64,000 nt of DNA from Thermodesulfobacteriota bacterium (GTDB lineage: Bacteria > Desulfobacterota > Desulfobacteria > Desulfobacterales > C00003060): positions 160,001 to 224,000 of the forward strand of contig JAXHVD010000002.1 of the NCBI GenBank assembly GCA_034189385.1. Reading direction: 5' to 3'. Position 1 is the first letter of the stretch, and the number at the start of each line of letters is the position of its first letter. Below the pieces are notes generated by a model. That model was not told the origin of the DNA. It made no database searches and saw nothing but the letters and a program-made list of their open reading frames with translations. Below are positions 62,062 through 64,000 of the stretch, in pieces. The position numbers and the translations under genes were made by a program.

Positions 62062-63894
62062 ATGGATTTCGTCTTTATATCCATGCCCTATTCGAAGTTT
62101 GATTCCAAATGGTTCGCCCATGTTCCCAACATCAATCTGGGTATGGTGGAAGCCTTCTTGACGAACAAGGGAAAACGGGCAAAGAGCTTTCATTTCCACC
62201 TGAAGTTCTTGGCCCATTTGAGGGGGTTTGATCCAGAGATTCGAGATAATTTGGTCAAGCTGTCAGACCCATTTGGAGTGGAATACCTGGGCTTGGACTA
62301 TCTGTTTGCATCCCTTCTCTTTGAAGAAAGGTACTCCCTATCAAGGGAGCGGTTTGAAGAGCGCCTCCACGCCATTGGATTGACGTTGAACGACTTTGAG
62401 GCCTTGCGGGAGGTCGCAAGGGCATTTATCGAAGACGTCTTTTCCGAGCTCTTGCCATACCTGGAAGGAACAAGGCTTGTTGGTTTTAGCTGTTCTCACT
62501 ATCAACTGAGCGGTACCTTGCTCATGTGCTCCAAGATAAAGAATGCCTGCCCCGATACCCTGACTTTGGTGGGTGGGAAGGACTGTTCGGGTGCCTTTGC
62601 GCCTGAGTTACTGTCTAACACAGACTTGGTGGATTTTGTAGGCATCGGCGAGTGCGAAGTCACCATCGCGAGTGTACTGGATCATGTCCATGATCGGAAA
62701 AAGCCTCTCTATAACGTCGTCTACAGGGACGCAGGGGGTGGAATAGGCAAATCGGAATCAAAGGAGAACCTTTCCCTTCAGTCGCTTCCCTTTCCAGCAT
62801 ATGATCTTGAAGATTTTTCCATAGAGGCACAAGAAGTTATCTTACCGATTGAGCTGGGGAGGGGGTGTCCGTGGGGAAAATGCACGTTTTGCCCGGACAA
62901 ATCGTACAACATCCGATGTCAGTCAAAGACTGCACACCAAGTCACGACAGAGATAGAGCACTACCAGCAACTCTCAAGAGACCTCAGAAATTTCATCATC
63001 CTGGATTCCGATGCCCTGAAAATCCCAAAGATGATCATAGAGCTGTCAAAGTCTCTGGAAGGAAAGGGCCTGTCCTTTCACTTCGCAGAATTTCGGGCAG
63101 AGAAGATGGGAAAGAAGGTGCTGGAGTCCCTCTTGCGCTTTGGCACCTGGGTGTCACAATTTCAAGTGGGCATTGAAACCTTTAGCGACAGGGTCTTGAA
63201 GCTGATGAAAAAAGGGGTCGGCGCCTTGAAGAATGTGGAAGTCCTGAAGATGGCCGCTGAGTCGGGAGTGCCCTTACAGTTCAATCTCTTTACGTGTTTT
63301 CCCAAGATGACGACCGAGGACCTGATGGAAAACTTAAGGGTGATGGATCTTATTACGCACTTATTGGTTACCAAAAATATCTCCATCCACCCGGCGGAAT
63401 TCTATTTGCCCACAGACTGTCCCATTTTTGAGAATATTGGGCATTACGGCCTGGAGAAACACAGTGCTTCGATCTTTTCAGACATCTTTGAGGACTTTCC
63501 CATGCCGTCTTATTCAAACTATCCATACCCCTACCAGTTTGATAATGATGAAGAGCAATTTGAGATGTCTATGATGTTCAGAAAGAAAGTAGAGGAGATT
63601 GAAAGAAAAAGCCCCGGCGAAAACTTCATTTTCTACAAGAGGGCTTCAAAGGGCCTGCAGATCGCGGCGTGCCGGGATGGGAGGCATGTGACTCATATCC
63701 TCACGCCCGGAGAGGAGGAGGTGTATCTGTCGGCCATTGAGAAGGTGCAACGAATCAGGACACTATCCAAAAAGTTGGGGGTCTCCTCAGCCGACCTCTG
63801 TTCCATGCTCGATGCATTTGAGCAAAAGGGCTTGATACTCTACTCTTCCGATAGAAAATCCTTCCTCTCCCTGGCCACAAGAGAGCGTCACTGA
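62062..63894 (+). CDS. B12-binding radical SAM protein resembling RiPP-maturation C-methyltransferases
   Basis: ISMPY N-terminus, VGFSCS..Q, GECE, RGCPWGKCTFC, QVGIETFS; C-terminal winged-helix-like segment. Confidence 0.75.
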   Translation: MDFVFISMPYSKFDSKWFAHVPNINLGMVEAFLTNKGKRAKSFHFHLKFLAHLRGFDPEIRDNLVKLSDPFGVEYLGLDYLFASLLFEERYSLSRERFEERLHAIGLTLNDFEALREVARAFIEDVFSELLPYLEGTRLVGFSCSHYQLSGTLLMCSKIKNACPDTLTLVGGKDCSGAFAPELLSNTDLVDFVGIGECEVTIASVLDHVHDRKKPLYNVVYRDAGGGIGKSESKENLSLQSLPFPAYDLEDFSIEAQEVILPIELGRGCPWGKCTFCPDKSYNIRCQSKTAHQVTTEIEHYQQLSRDLRNFIILDSDALKIPKMIIELSKSLEGKGLSFHFAEFRAEKMGKKVLESLLRFGTWVSQFQVGIETFSDRVLKLMKKGVGALKNVEVLKMAAESGVPLQFNLFTCFPKMTTEDLMENLRVMDLITHLLVTKNISIHPAEFYLPTDCPIFENIGHYGLEKHSASIFSDIFEDFPMPSYSNYPYPYQFDNDEEQFEMSMMFRKKVEEIERKSPGENFIFYKRASKGLQIAACRDGRHVTHILTPGEEEVYLSAIEKVQRIRTLSKKLGVSSADLCSMLDAFEQKGLILYSSDRKSFLSLATRERH

Positions 63895-64000
63895 AAGATA
63901 AAATGCGCGCTTTGTACCCGCTGGTTTTGCTCCATCGGGGCAACGAAAGCTAAGCCAAATCCCAGTGCGAAATCTGCCAAGTTATTCTTGGGTGAGCACT

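Noticed and set aside
1..64000. selA/selB/selC/selD, cytochrome b subunit, porin, tatC, subtilase, integrase
   Set aside because: Looked for because the island model predicts them; none recognisable in this window, so they must be sought elsewhere in the genome

Overview
The window looks like Desulfobacterota (deltaproteobacterial) DNA; this is an inference from gene families and repeat types. It is dominated by a ~58 kb redox island. The island holds three NarX/NarL-type kinase/regulator pairs plus an extra regulator, a full hypABCDEF set, two hydrogenase maturation proteases and a Tat-exported group 1a-like [NiFe] hydrogenase. It also carries five exported c-type multiheme cytochromes (two OmcZ-like octahemes, each followed by a PpiC-type PPIase), two tatA genes, a glycosylation cassette, a 21-repeat acidic surface protein and four radical SAM genes. 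The main result is a hydrogenase large subunit that the ORF track splits in two. It is one reading frame (27619-29958) in which BOTH cysteines of the N-terminal Ni-binding motif are in-frame TGA codons (R-T-U-G-V-U-P), followed by a SECIS-like hairpin. The usual C-terminal selenocysteine site of [NiFeSe] enzymes is plain Cys. A second probable selenoprotein (Tat-exported split-Soret/C-GCAxxG-C-C family, 57117-58436) is also split at an in-frame TGA with a hairpin. A three-box operator with fixed spacing precedes seven promoters, suggesting one regulon linking H2 metabolism to extracellular electron transfer. Several non-autonomous inverted-repeat elements occur, some nested. No rRNA, tRNA, CRISPR array or transposase was seen. 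All family assignments come from motif recognition, not database searches.
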